Source: an uncultured Eubacteriaceae bacterium (lineage in GTDB: Bacteria; Bacillota; Clostridia; Eubacteriales; UBA1433). Taken from it: a stretch of 53,144 bases of DNA. Below, piece by piece: positions 1-12,435 of the stretch (its first letter is position 1; each line of letters opens with the position of its first letter). Below the pieces are notes generated by a model that saw only the letters and a list, made by a program, of their open reading frames with translations, searched no databases and was not told the origin of the DNA. Position numbers and translations under genes: made by a program. Location of the stretch: contig CALFLU010000031.1 in the NCBI GenBank assembly GCA_937880125.1, forward strand, positions 1-53,144. The letters are read 5' to 3'.

Positions 1-276
1 GGTGGTAATTTGCAATGTCTCTTCCGCCGAAGCCATTTTTGCCTTACAGGCAAAGGTTTGTTTGAATTTTTTATTATCAACCCTTGCCGTGCCGCACATG
101 ACGAGAACAATGTTTTTTTCGTTCAGCAAAAAAGTCAAACTTTTGGCGATTTCCGCCTCACTTACGCCCAGTGCTTGTGCCGCCAGCGGCACGGTTGCAC
201 TGCTTTGGTCGAGATAAAGTACCTCTTTGTCATAACCGCGCTTTTTTAAAAACGCCTCCACTTTGCTTTGTTTCAT
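1..276 (-). CDS. YbaK/EbsC family aminoacyl-tRNA deacylase (runs off window start)
   Basis: Read manually, not in ORF track: MKQSKVEAFLKKRGYDKEVLYLDQSSATVPLAAQALGVSEAEIAKSLTF...VDNKKFKQTFACKAKM. SATV..AA.ALG...IAKSL pattern; start abuts the metK stop (TAATGATG). Confidence 0.85.
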   Translation of the reverse strand, partial: MKQSKVEAFLKKRGYDKEVLYLDQSSATVPLAAQALGVSEAEIAKSLTFLLNEKNIVLVMCGTARVDNKKFKQTFACKAKMASAEETLQITT

Positions 277-278
277 CA

Positions 279-1472
279 TTACCCTCTGTCCTTTGTTAAG
301 TAGGCCTGCAGTGCTTGGATTTTGTCGGTTTTTTCCCAGGGCAAATCAATGTCGTCTCTTCCAAAGTGCCCGTAAGCTGCCGTTTGTTTATAAATCGGTC
401 TGCGCAGCGACAAATATTCGATAATTGCCGCCGGTCGCAAGTCGAATTCTTTATCAATGGCTTCGGCAATTTTTTCATCATCCACAGCGCCGGTTCCATA
501 GGTATTGACAAACACCGAAAGCGGTCGCGCCACGCCGATGGCATAAGAAATTTGTATTTCGCATTTTTTTGCCAGCCCCGCTGCCACAATGTTTTTGGCA
601 ATATAGCGTGCCATATAAGCCGCTGTTCTGTCTACCTTTGTGGGATCTTTGCCCGAAAAAGCACCGCCCCCATGGCCGCAAAATCCGCCGTAGGTGTCCA
701 CGATAATTTTTCTTCCCGTAAGACCGCTGTCGCCCTTGGGTCCTCCGGTAACAAACCTGCCTGTGGGGTTGACAAATATCTTCGTCTTTTCGTCTAACAT
801 CTCTTTGTCAATAACCGGCAAAATCACTTGTTCAATGATATCTTTTCTGATCTGCTCCTGCATAACTTCTTTGCCGTGTTGGGTAGAAATGACAATGGCT
901 TCTATGCGCCTTGCTTGATCTTTTTCGTCGTATTCCACCGTCACCTGGGTTTTGCCGTCAGGGCGCAGATATTTCAACGTTTTGTTTTTACGCACTTCAC
1001 TGAGCCGCCTGGCCAGTTTGTTTGCCAGATAAATGGGCAGCGGCATATATTGCTCCGTCTCATCGCAGGCATAGCCAAACATCATGCCTTGGTCTCCCGC
1101 CCCGGTGCGTTCATAAATGTCTTCGCTGCCGTCTTTTCCTTCCAAGGAATTATCCACCCCCAGGGCAATGTCTCCGGATTGCTCATCAATGCTCACCAAC
1201 ACAGCGCAGGTTTCGGCATCAAAACCGTATTTGGCTCTGTCATAGCCGATTTCTTTAATGGTTTTTCGCGCTATTTTGTCAATATCCACATAGCAATCGG
1301 TGGTGATTTCACCCACCACCAACACCAAGCCCGTATTGACCACAACTTCACAAGCCACCCTCGCCATGGGATCATGACTCAAAATTTCATCTAGCACCGC
1401 ATCGGATATTTGGTCGCAAATTTTATCGGGATGCCCCTCGGTCACGGATTCGGATGTAAAATACTTCTTCAT
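279..1472 (-). CDS. metK: S-adenosylmethionine synthetase
   Basis: [19 protein letters not shown] and GGGAFSGKD motifs. Start reassigned to MKKYF (1472) after AGGTGA SD. Confidence 0.98.
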   Translation of the reverse strand: MKKYFTSESVTEGHPDKICDQISDAVLDEILSHDPMARVACEVVVNTGLVLVVGEITTDCYVDIDKIARKTIKEIGYDRAKYGFDAETCAVLVSIDEQSGDIALGVDNSLEGKDGSEDIYERTGAGDQGMMFGYACDETEQYMPLPIYLANKLARRLSEVRKNKTLKYLRPDGKTQVTVEYDEKDQARRIEAIVISTQHGKEVMQEQIRKDIIEQVILPVIDKEMLDEKTKIFVNPTGRFVTGGPKGDSGLTGRKIIVDTYGGFCGHGGGAFSGKDPTKVDRTAAYMARYIAKNIVAAGLAKKCEIQISYAIGVARPLSVFVNTYGTGAVDDEKIAEAIDKEFDLRPAAIIEYLSLRRPIYKQTAAYGHFGRDDIDLPWEKTDKIQALQAYLTKDRG

Positions 1473-1502
1473 CGTCTCACCTTCTTTGTACAATATTACG
1501 GC

Positions 1503-1530
1503 AAAAAAAGAAACCTCGAACATGAGGTTT
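1503..1530 (-). terminator. Riboswitch-controlled intrinsic terminator upstream of metK
   Basis: Minus strand AAACCTC-ATGTTC-GAGGTTT followed by CTTTTTTT. Confidence 0.75.
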
Positions 1531-1542
1531 TGCCAATGGGTT

Positions 1543-1639
1543 TCCTCATCATTCAGCATTCGCTGCGAGTTTTGGCACCTTGCCTGTGCAGGTTGCCGCA
1601 GAGTCGCCGGGCTCGTCCCTCGTCTGCTCTTTATAAGGC
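1543..1639 (-). promoter_or_regulatory. SAM-I (S-box) riboswitch
   Basis: Minus strand CTTATAAAGAG...GAGGGA..GCCC...GGCAACC...GGTGCCAA...GATGAG upstream of metK. Confidence 0.93.
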
Positions 1640-1654
1640 TTATTTTTTGTTGTT

Positions 1655-1683
1655 ATTATATAGAATTCTCCCTTACTTGTCAA
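1655..1683 (-). promoter_or_regulatory. Sigma-A promoter of the metK leader
   Basis: TTGACA-N17-TATAAT on the minus strand, just upstream of the S-box. Confidence 0.85.
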
Positions 1684-1800
1684 CTGCTGCATAGGCCTTG
1701 GCCTTAGAAATATTTTTCTCGGGCATTGTTTAAATTTTGCTTTTCTTATAAAATGAATAGTTATAGTACAGATTTATATTACGAAACGGAAAAATCCTTT

Positions 1801-2538
1801 ATGAAAAGAATTTTATCTTGTATGCGCAAGGCCATGCAAGAATATGATATGGTAAAAAAAGACGAATTGCTGGCAGTGGGCATCTCCGGCGGCAAGGACA
1901 GCGTTTTAATGCTCTACGCCCTGCACCTGCTGCGGCGCTTTTATCCCATTCCCTACCGACTGCATGCCATTTGCCTCAATATGGGCTTTGCAGGCAGCGA
2001 CTATGCGCCTTTGCACACCTTTTGCAACACACTAAACATTCCCCTTACCGTGGTGGATACAGATATTGCCCAAATTGTTTTTGATATTCGAAAAGAAAAA
2101 AATCCGTGCTCGCTTTGTTCCAACCTCAAGCGCGGCGCACTGCACAACGCCGCATTAAAACTCGGGTGCAAAACCATCGCCTTTGGCCATCATGCCAACG
2201 ATGCCATTGAAACTTTGCTGCTTTCCATGCTTTATGAAGCCAAAATCAGCACCTTCAAACCCGTTACGTTTTTGGACAGAAAAAATATCACGCTGGTGCG
2301 GCCGATGATTTATGTTTGGGAAAAAGAAATCATCTATCAGGCCAACAAGCTGTCTTTACCCGTTATGCCCAAACTTTGCCCCGCCGACGGTCACACCAAG
2401 CGTGAAGAGGTAAAGCAACTTGTTCGTTCAATGAGAAAAACCTTTCCCGGCTGTGATGAACGAATGCTCAAGGCCATCCAAAACCCAAAACACTTTCAAT
2501 TGTGGTTTGATTCACCGACTCACCAAAAAGATCGCTGA
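1801..2538 (+). CDS. ttcA: TtcA-family tRNA 2-thiocytidine biosynthesis PP-loop ATPase
   Basis: SGGKDS PP-loop, NPCSLC, GHH..D.IET. Start MKRILS at 1801. Confidence 0.85.
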   Translation: MKRILSCMRKAMQEYDMVKKDELLAVGISGGKDSVLMLYALHLLRRFYPIPYRLHAICLNMGFAGSDYAPLHTFCNTLNIPLTVVDTDIAQIVFDIRKEKNPCSLCSNLKRGALHNAALKLGCKTIAFGHHANDAIETLLLSMLYEAKISTFKPVTFLDRKNITLVRPMIYVWEKEIIYQANKLSLPVMPKLCPADGHTKREEVKQLVRSMRKTFPGCDERMLKAIQNPKHFQLWFDSPTHQKDR

Positions 2539-2548
2539 GGAATACACC

Positions 2549-4756
2549 ATGGATACACTTTCAGGCACCATCTCACGCATTTTATTTTTCAACGAATATA
2601 CCAACTACACCGTTTTCCATTTGGACACAGGCAAAAGCAACGAAGTGGTTACCGGTGCTTTTCCGCAGCTTTCCGAAGGCGAAGCCGTGAGTGTGCACGG
2701 CTATTTTGTCGACCACAAAACCTATGGTCGACAATTTCAGGCCCACAGCTACGAAATCACCGTGCCCACCGACGAAGAAAGCTTAAAAAAATATTTATCT
2801 TCCGGTCTTTTTAAGGGCGTAGGTCCTGCCCTTGCAGATGCCTTGGTTCAACATTTCGGTACCGACGTGCTGCAAGTAATCAAATTCAACCCGCAACGCC
2901 TGACAACGGTGCCTAAAATCGGCGCCAAAACGGCCGAAAACATTCAGGCCTCCTATACGGAACAAGAAAAAAGCCGCGAAGTGATGATGTTTTTGCAAAA
3001 ATACGGCATCAGCACTTCCCTGGGCTTGAAAATTTATAAAACTTACCAGGACGCCACCATTCAAATCATCAGCCAAAATCCTTATCGCATTATCGAAGAC
3101 GTAAGCGGCGTGGGCTTTAAGACTGCTGATAAAATTGCCCTGGCGCTGGGCATTGATTCTTTTTCCTCTTTTCGCATTCGCGCAGGGGTTAATCATGTTT
3201 TATCTGAGCTTTACGGCAACGGAGACATGTATTGCGAAGAAGAATTGTTGCTGGCAAAAGCCGCGCAAATGCTTGACGTGGATGCGGATTTGATATCGGA
3301 CGCACTGGCTTTTTTGACCAAAGTAGGCAAGATTATTTTGTGCGACATGGAAGGCGTCAATGTCTATTATCCCCTGGCACTTTACACCGCTGAGGTGTAC
3401 TGCGCCAAAGAAGTCGCCCGCCTTTCCAAAAACGTCTATGATTTGGACAATGCTTTTATACAGCGTATCATTGACGAATATGAACATCTCTATGGCATTA
3501 CGCTGCACAAAAGCCAACGCAGTGCCGTTTGTTCTTGTGTCGTGCACGGCATCAGCATCATCACGGGCGGGCCGGGCACAGGCAAAACCACCATTATTCA
3601 GTGTGTTCTTTATATTTTGGCCAAGTTGGGCAAAAACGCACTGCTTGCCGCGCCCACGGGCAGAGCCGCAAAGCGCATGAGCAGCACCTGCGGCATGGAA
3701 GCAAAAACCATCCATCGGCTTTTGGAATATTCTTTTTCGGCGGAGGACAAAATGGTCTTTGTGAGAAACGAAGAAAATCCTCTCGAAGCCGATTGCTTAA
3801 TTGTCGATGAAGCGTCGATGATTGACATTACGCTGCTATATTACCTGCTCAAAGCCCTGCCTTCTTCGATGCAACTTATTTTTGTGGGCGATATTGACCA
3901 GCTTCCCTCGGTCTCACCGGGCAACGTGCTCAAAGACATCATTGCCAGTGACATGGTCAACGTATCCAAGCTCGATAAAATCTTTCGCCAAAGTGAGCGC
4001 AGCACCATTGTCCTCAACGCCCATCACATCAATATGGGACGCATGCCCGTCATTGACAACAAAAGCGATGATTTCTTCTTTATGGATGCACCGCTGCCCG
4101 CTCGGGCGGCACAAACGGTTTTGGATTTGTGTACCAACCGTCTGACGCAATATAAAAACTATGACGCCCTGCAAGACATTCAGGTAATCAGCCCCATCAA
4201 ACGCGGCCAGACCGGGGTGGAAAATTTGAATGTGCTGTTGCAAGAAGCCTTAAATCCGCCCTCACCGCACAAAAGGGAGAAGAAGTTGCTCCACGACATC
4301 CTGCGCGAGGGTGATAAAGTCATGCAAATTCGCAACAACTACAACGCCCTGTGGACCCATATCTTTACCAAACAAAGCGGCACGGGCATCTTCAACGGCG
4401 ACATCGGTATCGTCGAAAAAATTGATCCCGAAAGCAAATTGATTTCCGTTTTGTTTGAAGAAGAACGCCTGGTGCACTATTCTTTTGAAGACGCAGATCA
4501 GCTGATGCTCTCTTATGCCATCACAACACACAAAAGCCAGGGCAGCGAGTTTAAAGCCGTCATCATTTTGGTCTGTGAAGGGTATGGTCAATTTTTGAGC
4601 CGCAATCTTCTCTACACAGCGCTGACCAGGGCCAAGGAAACCGCCGTGCTGGTGGGCAGCAGACGCATCATCGAAATGATGGTAAAAAACAATCTTGCCG
4701 TGCGCCGCAAAACAGCGCTCAGCGAACGCATCAAACAGGAGTTTGTCTATGGCTGA
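2549..4756 (+). CDS. recD2: ATP-dependent RecD2-like SF1B DNA helicase
   Basis: N-terminal HhH region (GVGP, IGAK), GGPGTGKT, APTGRAAKR, VDEASM, YAITTHKSQGSEF. Start MDTLSG after GAGG. Confidence 0.93.
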   Translation: MDTLSGTISRILFFNEYTNYTVFHLDTGKSNEVVTGAFPQLSEGEAVSVHGYFVDHKTYGRQFQAHSYEITVPTDEESLKKYLSSGLFKGVGPALADALVQHFGTDVLQVIKFNPQRLTTVPKIGAKTAENIQASYTEQEKSREVMMFLQKYGISTSLGLKIYKTYQDATIQIISQNPYRIIEDVSGVGFKTADKIALALGIDSFSSFRIRAGVNHVLSELYGNGDMYCEEELLLAKAAQMLDVDADLISDALAFLTKVGKIILCDMEGVNVYYPLALYTAEVYCAKEVARLSKNVYDLDNAFIQRIIDEYEHLYGITLHKSQRSAVCSCVVHGISIITGGPGTGKTTIIQCVLYILAKLGKNALLAAPTGRAAKRMSSTCGMEAKTIHRLLEYSFSAEDKMVFVRNEENPLEADCLIVDEASMIDITLLYYLLKALPSSMQLIFVGDIDQLPSVSPGNVLKDIIASDMVNVSKLDKIFRQSERSTIVLNAHHINMGRMPVIDNKSDDFFFMDAPLPARAAQTVLDLCTNRLTQYKNYDALQDIQVISPIKRGQTGVENLNVLLQEALNPPSPHKREKKLLHDILREGDKVMQIRNNYNALWTHIFTKQSGTGIFNGDIGIVEKIDPESKLISVLFEEERLVHYSFEDADQLMLSYAITTHKSQGSEFKAVIILVCEGYGQFLSRNLLYTALTRAKETAVLVGSRRIIEMMVKNNLAVRRKTALSERIKQEFVYG

Positions 4757-5465
4757 CTATTGGCAGCGCCTGCTTTCCTCGCTGTATCCTTCCTCTCCGC
4801 ACTGCCCTTCATGCGGTCGCGTTTTGTTTGACAGAAACCATATCATTTGTCCCAAATGCGCTCCCTTCGTCTTTGCTGAGGCGCCGGCTTACTGCAAGGT
4901 CTGCGGCTGTGCCATGCGCGGCGGAGATGTTTGCAAAATCTGTTATGAAAACACCTATTTATACGAGCGCGGCGTATCCATGCTCATCTATAACCGTTAC
5001 ACGCGCCCCATTATTCACAGTATAAAATATAACAATAACACAGACTTGGCCTATCGCCTGGGCGCTTTACTCTCTATTGACATTCTTCGTAAAACCGATA
5101 TACTACATAAAGTCGACGTGATCGTTCCGATACCGCTGGCGCCTTTGCGCTATGAACAGCGAGGCTATAATCAAGCACAATATATTGCCGAGGGCTTGGC
5201 AAGCGCAACATCAAAACCCGTAGAGGCTTGCGCATTGCAAAAGATACGCGAAACGGCAGACCAAATCGGACTCAGCCGTCTTGAGCGGGAAGACAATCTT
5301 CGCGACAGTTTTGCGACCGTCAGCTCTGTTATCAAAAACAAAAATGTTCTTTTGATCGACGATGTGCTGACAACGGGCGCCACTGTACAGGCTTGCACCA
5401 AAGCACTGCGCGAAGGCGGGTGCAACAAAGTCTATTTTGCCGTCATTGCCTCCAGCTTGCACTGA
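4749..5465 (+). CDS. comF: ComF/ComFC-family protein (zinc ribbon + PRTase-like domain)
   Basis: Paired CxxC motifs, RGYNQA, LIDDVLTTGAT. Start overlaps the recD2 stop. Confidence 0.9.
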   Translation: MADYWQRLLSSLYPSSPHCPSCGRVLFDRNHIICPKCAPFVFAEAPAYCKVCGCAMRGGDVCKICYENTYLYERGVSMLIYNRYTRPIIHSIKYNNNTDLAYRLGALLSIDILRKTDILHKVDVIVPIPLAPLRYEQRGYNQAQYIAEGLASATSKPVEACALQKIRETADQIGLSRLEREDNLRDSFATVSSVIKNKNVLLIDDVLTTGATVQACTKALREGGCNKVYFAVIASSLH

Positions 5466-5601
5466 GCGCCAAAACGCCGACTTTTAATCGAATCCATCCT
5501 CCGTTTGCCTCTTAAGCAATTGTAAATTTATTTTACTTTATCTTGTTTCGCAAAGGGAAAAGATGGTATAATGTCAAAAAGGTTTTAATGGAGGGGAAAA
5601 C

Positions 5602-6153
5602 ATGGTAGTCAATGTATATTTCAAAAACATGCGTTCAAGTGACAGGTTAAAAGAAAACCTTGAAGGAAAATTGCAGAAATACGATAAATTTTTGCACCCA
5701 AACACAAAGGCGACAGCCACTTTCAAAATGATCAAAGGCGGCACAAAGCTGGATTTGGTCATCTATTATAATAAAAACATTATCAAGGCCGAAGAAACCG
5801 GCATTGACGGCACCAACGCCATTGACTTAGTGATTGATAAAATTGACTTGCAGTTAAAAAAATACAAGAGCAAACTCAACATCAAGGGCACCGAAAGCAT
5901 TCGTCACGAATTTGCCGCCGCCAGCGATGTGGAGGAGATTGCCGAAGAATCGGATGAGTCTGCGGAGGATTCGCAAAATATCGTCAAAGTCAAACGCTTT
6001 GCACTCAAGCCCATGTCCGCAGAAGAAGCCAGCCTTCAAATGGAGTTGATCGGTCACCAATTTTTCGTCTTTTTAGATGATGAGACCGAAGAAGTCCACG
6101 TCATTTATAAACGCAAAGACGGCGACTATGGCTTGATCGTCCCCGAAATTTAA
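5602..6153 (+). CDS. hpf: Ribosome hibernation promoting factor (long HPF)
   Basis: AIDLVIDK, KPMSAEEA.LQMEL.GH.FFVF, YKRKDGDYGLI. Conserved comF-hpf-secA context. Confidence 0.93.
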   Translation: MVVNVYFKNMRSSDRLKENLEGKLQKYDKFLHPNTKATATFKMIKGGTKLDLVIYYNKNIIKAEETGIDGTNAIDLVIDKIDLQLKKYKSKLNIKGTESIRHEFAAASDVEEIAEESDESAEDSQNIVKVKRFALKPMSAEEASLQMELIGHQFFVFLDDETEEVHVIYKRKDGDYGLIVPEI

Positions 6154-6259
6154 AATTTTTCGGTTTTTTTGTTGTTTCTATTATATAATGTATTAGATAT
6201 ATCCATCACCATAATGAGTAAAAACAATTATAACTCGGCACTTTAAATGAGAGGTTACT

Positions 6260-8572
6260 ATGTATCTGGGAATAATTATTTTAGCGGTTGTTGTGGCTTT
6301 GGCGAGAAAAGGTCAGCTGAAAAACGCACAAAACTTTAAAATAAACTTATGGTATTTGTTGATTGCCGCACTGGTAGTCTACATCGTTTTGATAGCAGGC
6401 ACCCTTGCCAATGTCGCTTTTGTCAAAGACTACTCGTACTGGTTGTATTTTATCGTATACGTGTTGATTATGATCACCGTTGTCTTCAACCTCAGCAGCA
6501 TCTGGTCTTACCTGCTTGTTTTGGGCATTGCCCTAAACTTTACGGCAACGTTCTTAAACGGTGGCAAAATGCCTATTTTGCAGTCTGCAACAGACATGGC
6601 AGGCTCTAACTTTCCGACTTTCTTAAAACTGTTTGGCGCCACCAATCAATTGACGGCATCAACACCTTATGTCATGCCCCTTTGCAGGGTTATTGGCGTA
6701 CCCGGTCTGCCTATTAGCGTTGGAGACCTTGTTGTCTCTGTCGCTTTGTTTATGTTAATACAAGCCATGCTCGTGCGACCGGCGGCAAAAAAAGCAACAC
6801 CGAAAGACATTGCCGACTACACGGGCAAATTAAATTTCACCAGTGAATTGAAAATCGACGAAATCATACAGGCTGCCGGTGAAGAAAGCATTGAAGAGTT
6901 GGATTCTTTCTTGCCTGCTTCCAAAAGAGTCGCACCCGCAATAGAAGATGACATCATTTTAGGCGCTGACGACAAAGACATTGATTTGCGCAAAGACCAT
7001 TTTGTTTCCAATATGGCAGATGATATGATTCTGGGCGAAGATGCAACCAAATCGCTCTCTTACCAAGAGCAAAAGGATTTTGAAGATTTCTTGGCAAGTG
7101 ACAAAGACATTGCCTTTACACTGCCGGGCATTGAACCCGTAGCCACAAAGGACGATGGCGAAGAATACGATCATGTGCTGCGTGCCCTTGACGAAATCAA
7201 AGAGCGCGAAGACACTTCTCCCGAACCTCTTGCAGAAGAAGTGCAAGATGAAGAGGCGGCATTTGTTGAGAGCCTGAGCCTTGAGACAGAACCGATAGCT
7301 GACGTTGTCGCAGAAGAAGCAGCCATCATCGACGAAGACGAAAGCAGCTTAGATGAGCTGTTAAAAGAATTGGAACAGCAGGCGCAGCAGGATTTTGATA
7401 CAGCAGGCGAGCCCGCCGCATATAATGTTGCGGAAGAAACCACCACCGAAGAACCTGCCCTTTTCGATGAAGGCATAGAAGAGGTTGAAGAAGTGCAGGA
7501 AGTTGACGAAACCATCGATGAAGCCGCACTTGCCGATGACCTTGACGAAGAACAACCTGAGTTGACCGAAACCGAAGAAGAGTCGTTGATTGATTCGCCC
7601 GAAGAAGAGTCAGAACAGCTTGAACAACTCATCGATCCGCAAGATATAGAATCAGACGAATCGGATATTTCCGAAGAAATATCCGACAACGAAAAAGAAG
7701 CACTCAGCGAGGAGCTTCCGGAAGATGGGACCGTTGATGAAGTTGTTGCACAAGAAGACGTGCAAGACGTGCAAGAAGAAGACGATGCACAACAAGCGGC
7801 TGCACTTGCCGCCGAAGAAGAGGCCGCCGCATTGGCCGCCAAGGCGCAAGCAGAAGCAGAGCTGCAGCAAAACACCGATGCCATGCTGCAATATATGAAC
7901 GACTTGTTTAGGCAAAATAAGCAGGAACACGATGCTTTGGTTGCAATGACACCCCCTTCTGTGCAAGAGGATCAAATCGTCGACGAAATCGTCCAAATTA
8001 CCGATTCCGACGAAGACACCTTTGTGCCGGTTGAGTACGTCAGCTCCCATACACCGATTGTTGCCACCGTTGACGAAGAACCGCAGCAAGCGCAACAAAT
8101 ACCCGTGCAACAAGAAGTTCAAGAAGATATTGCTGCACCACAAGAGGCAGAAGACGAAGAAGATGAAAGCATCTATCCTTTCATTATCGAAAAAGGACGT
8201 ATCGTCGAAAATAAAAATTATCGGTTCAGCAAGAATAAAGACGTCCCGTCAAAAAATCTGGATATCGAAAAAGATGCCCCGAGCATCTATGACAGCACGG
8301 TAAATTTGGAAAATATCCGCAAAGAAATTTTTGAAGAATTGCAGCGTCAAGAACAAGAAGCCCTCTCACCACTGGCTTCCTCTGCGCAAGGCGGCGTTGC
8401 CGCACCGCAGGAAAATGCCGCAGAGGACTTGGACAGCCTCTTTGAGCAACAAGGCGCCCCCCACCGCAGCAGGGAGGCAAAATCCGCCCTCGCTAAGGAT
8501 GCCACCGAAGAATATGAACGCGTTGCATTTGAAATCGACGGCAAAATCAACTATGTTTGGATCAAGAAATAA
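6260..8572 (+). CDS. DUF5317-like membrane protein with ~600 aa acidic low-complexity C-terminal extension
   Basis: About 5-6 hydrophobic segments in residues 1-172 with G.ALN....LNGGKMP and ISVGD motifs, then a D/E-rich tail. GAGAGG SD and a downstream terminator. Confidence 0.72.
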   Translation: MYLGIIILAVVVALARKGQLKNAQNFKINLWYLLIAALVVYIVLIAGTLANVAFVKDYSYWLYFIVYVLIMITVVFNLSSIWSYLLVLGIALNFTATFLNGGKMPILQSATDMAGSNFPTFLKLFGATNQLTASTPYVMPLCRVIGVPGLPISVGDLVVSVALFMLIQAMLVRPAAKKATPKDIADYTGKLNFTSELKIDEIIQAAGEESIEELDSFLPASKRVAPAIEDDIILGADDKDIDLRKDHFVSNMADDMILGEDATKSLSYQEQKDFEDFLASDKDIAFTLPGIEPVATKDDGEEYDHVLRALDEIKEREDTSPEPLAEEVQDEEAAFVESLSLETEPIADVVAEEAAIIDEDESSLDELLKELEQQAQQDFDTAGEPAAYNVAEETTTEEPALFDEGIEEVEEVQEVDETIDEAALADDLDEEQPELTETEEESLIDSPEEESEQLEQLIDPQDIESDESDISEEISDNEKEALSEELPEDGTVDEVVAQEDVQDVQEEDDAQQAAALAAEEEAAALAAKAQAEAELQQNTDAMLQYMNDLFRQNKQEHDALVAMTPPSVQEDQIVDEIVQITDSDEDTFVPVEYVSSHTPIVATVDEEPQQAQQIPVQQEVQEDIAAPQEAEDEEDESIYPFIIEKGRIVENKNYRFSKNKDVPSKNLDIEKDAPSIYDSTVNLENIRKEIFEELQRQEQEALSPLASSAQGGVAAPQENAAEDLDSLFEQQGAPHRSREAKSALAKDATEEYERVAFEIDGKINYVWIKK

Positions 8573-8582
8573 ATTCGTTTTT

Positions 8583-8610
8583 AAAAAAGGCTCATAGAGC
8601 CTTTTTTTTT
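8583..8610 (+). terminator. Intrinsic terminator
   Basis: AAAAAAGGCTC-ATA-GAGCCTTTTTTTTT. Confidence 0.85.
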
Positions 8611-8704
8611 GCAGTAACTACATTTATTTTGACCCTTGTGATATAATACCTCAGATATCACTTTAGACATAGGTACTTACTCTAATCAATCAGGAGGACA
8701 TAAC

Positions 8705-11206
<2,502 letters not shown>

Positions 11207-11259
11207 CCATATCCCGCACATAATAAGCCACACCATAACACACAGAGAGGGTGAATAGT

Positions 11260-12364
11260 ATGATTGAAATCCAAGATTATGAGCAAATCGTAGTCGAAAC
11301 GGAAAAATTATTTACGGAAGCGAGGGATGCACTTTGACCCCGCTGCTTTAAAAACCGAAATTGATGCGGCGGATGCAAAGATGCAATCCGATACATTTTG
11401 GGATGACAACAAGGCTGCACAAAAATTATTGAAAGAACAAAAAATACGAAAAGAAAAATATAACCACTATGCCGCTTTGGCGCAACAAGTGGAAGATATT
11501 TCCGTGATGCTCGAACTTTTAAAGGAGGATTATTCCCCCGACGAAAGCAAGCAGCTTGAGCAGGAAATCAATATTTTAAAAGACAACGTGGAAAACTTTC
11601 GCCTCAGCATTTTGCTCACCGGCGAATATGACGCCAGCAACGCCATTTTGTCACTGCATGCGGGCGCAGGCGGCACCGAGGCACAAGACTGGGCCGAAAT
11701 GTTGCTGCGCATGTACCTGCGTTGGGCAGATGCAAAAGGCTTTAAAACAAAAATCATCGACCAGTTGCCCGGCGATGTGGCGGGCGTCAAAAGCGTGTCT
11801 ATGCTTGTGGAAGGTCTAAACGCCTACGGTTTTTTGAAGGCGGAGCGCGGTGTGCACAGACTGGTGCGCATCTCACCCTTTGACTCCTCAGGTCGCCGCC
11901 ACACCTCTTTTGCCTCATTGGATGTCATGCCCGAAATTGACGACGAGGTGGATGTTGTCATTGCCGACGACGACATACGCGTTGATACTTTTCGCGCCAG
12001 CGGCGCAGGCGGCCAACACGTCAACAAAACCGACTCCGCCATTCGCATTACACATCTTCCCACCGGCATCGTTGTGCAGTGTCAAAACGAACGCAGCCAA
12101 CACCAAAACAGGGAAACCGCCATGAAAATGCTCAAGGGCAAACTAATTGAAATCATGGAAAGCGAGCAAAAGGAAAAAATCGACGATTTAAAGGGCGACT
12201 ACACGCAAATTGCATGGGGCAGCCAAATTCGCTCCTATGTTTTTCAGCCCTATACCATGGTCAAAGACCATCGCACCAACGCGGAAATGGGCAACATCAC
12301 CGCGGTGATGGACGGAGACATTGATCCTTTTATCAACGCTTATCTCAAAAACAACGCCGAATAA
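11260..12364 (+). CDS. prfB: Peptide chain release factor 2, with programmed +1 frameshift
   Basis: ATG at 11260 gives 25 codons ending CTT TGA C (11332-11338), preceded by internal SD AGGGAT. The +1 frame contains SPF and GGQ motifs. Confidence 0.97.
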
Positions 12365-12389
12365 AGGTCTCTTGCAAAAGAGACCTTTT
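12363..12389 (+). terminator. Intrinsic terminator after prfB
   Basis: AAAGGTCTCTT-GCAA-AAGAGACCTTTT. Confidence 0.8.
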
Positions 12390-12435
12390 GCACTGATTTG
12401 TTTCGAGCCTATCTTAAAGAAAAGAGGACAAAACC

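Noticed and set aside
7751-7790. Short tandem CAAGACGTG repeat
   Set aside because: Part of the low-complexity coding tail (QEDVQDVQEED), not an independent element.
7171-7884. Ser-rich 237 aa minus-strand ORF
   Set aside because: Antisense shadow of the GAA/GAC-rich acidic gene.
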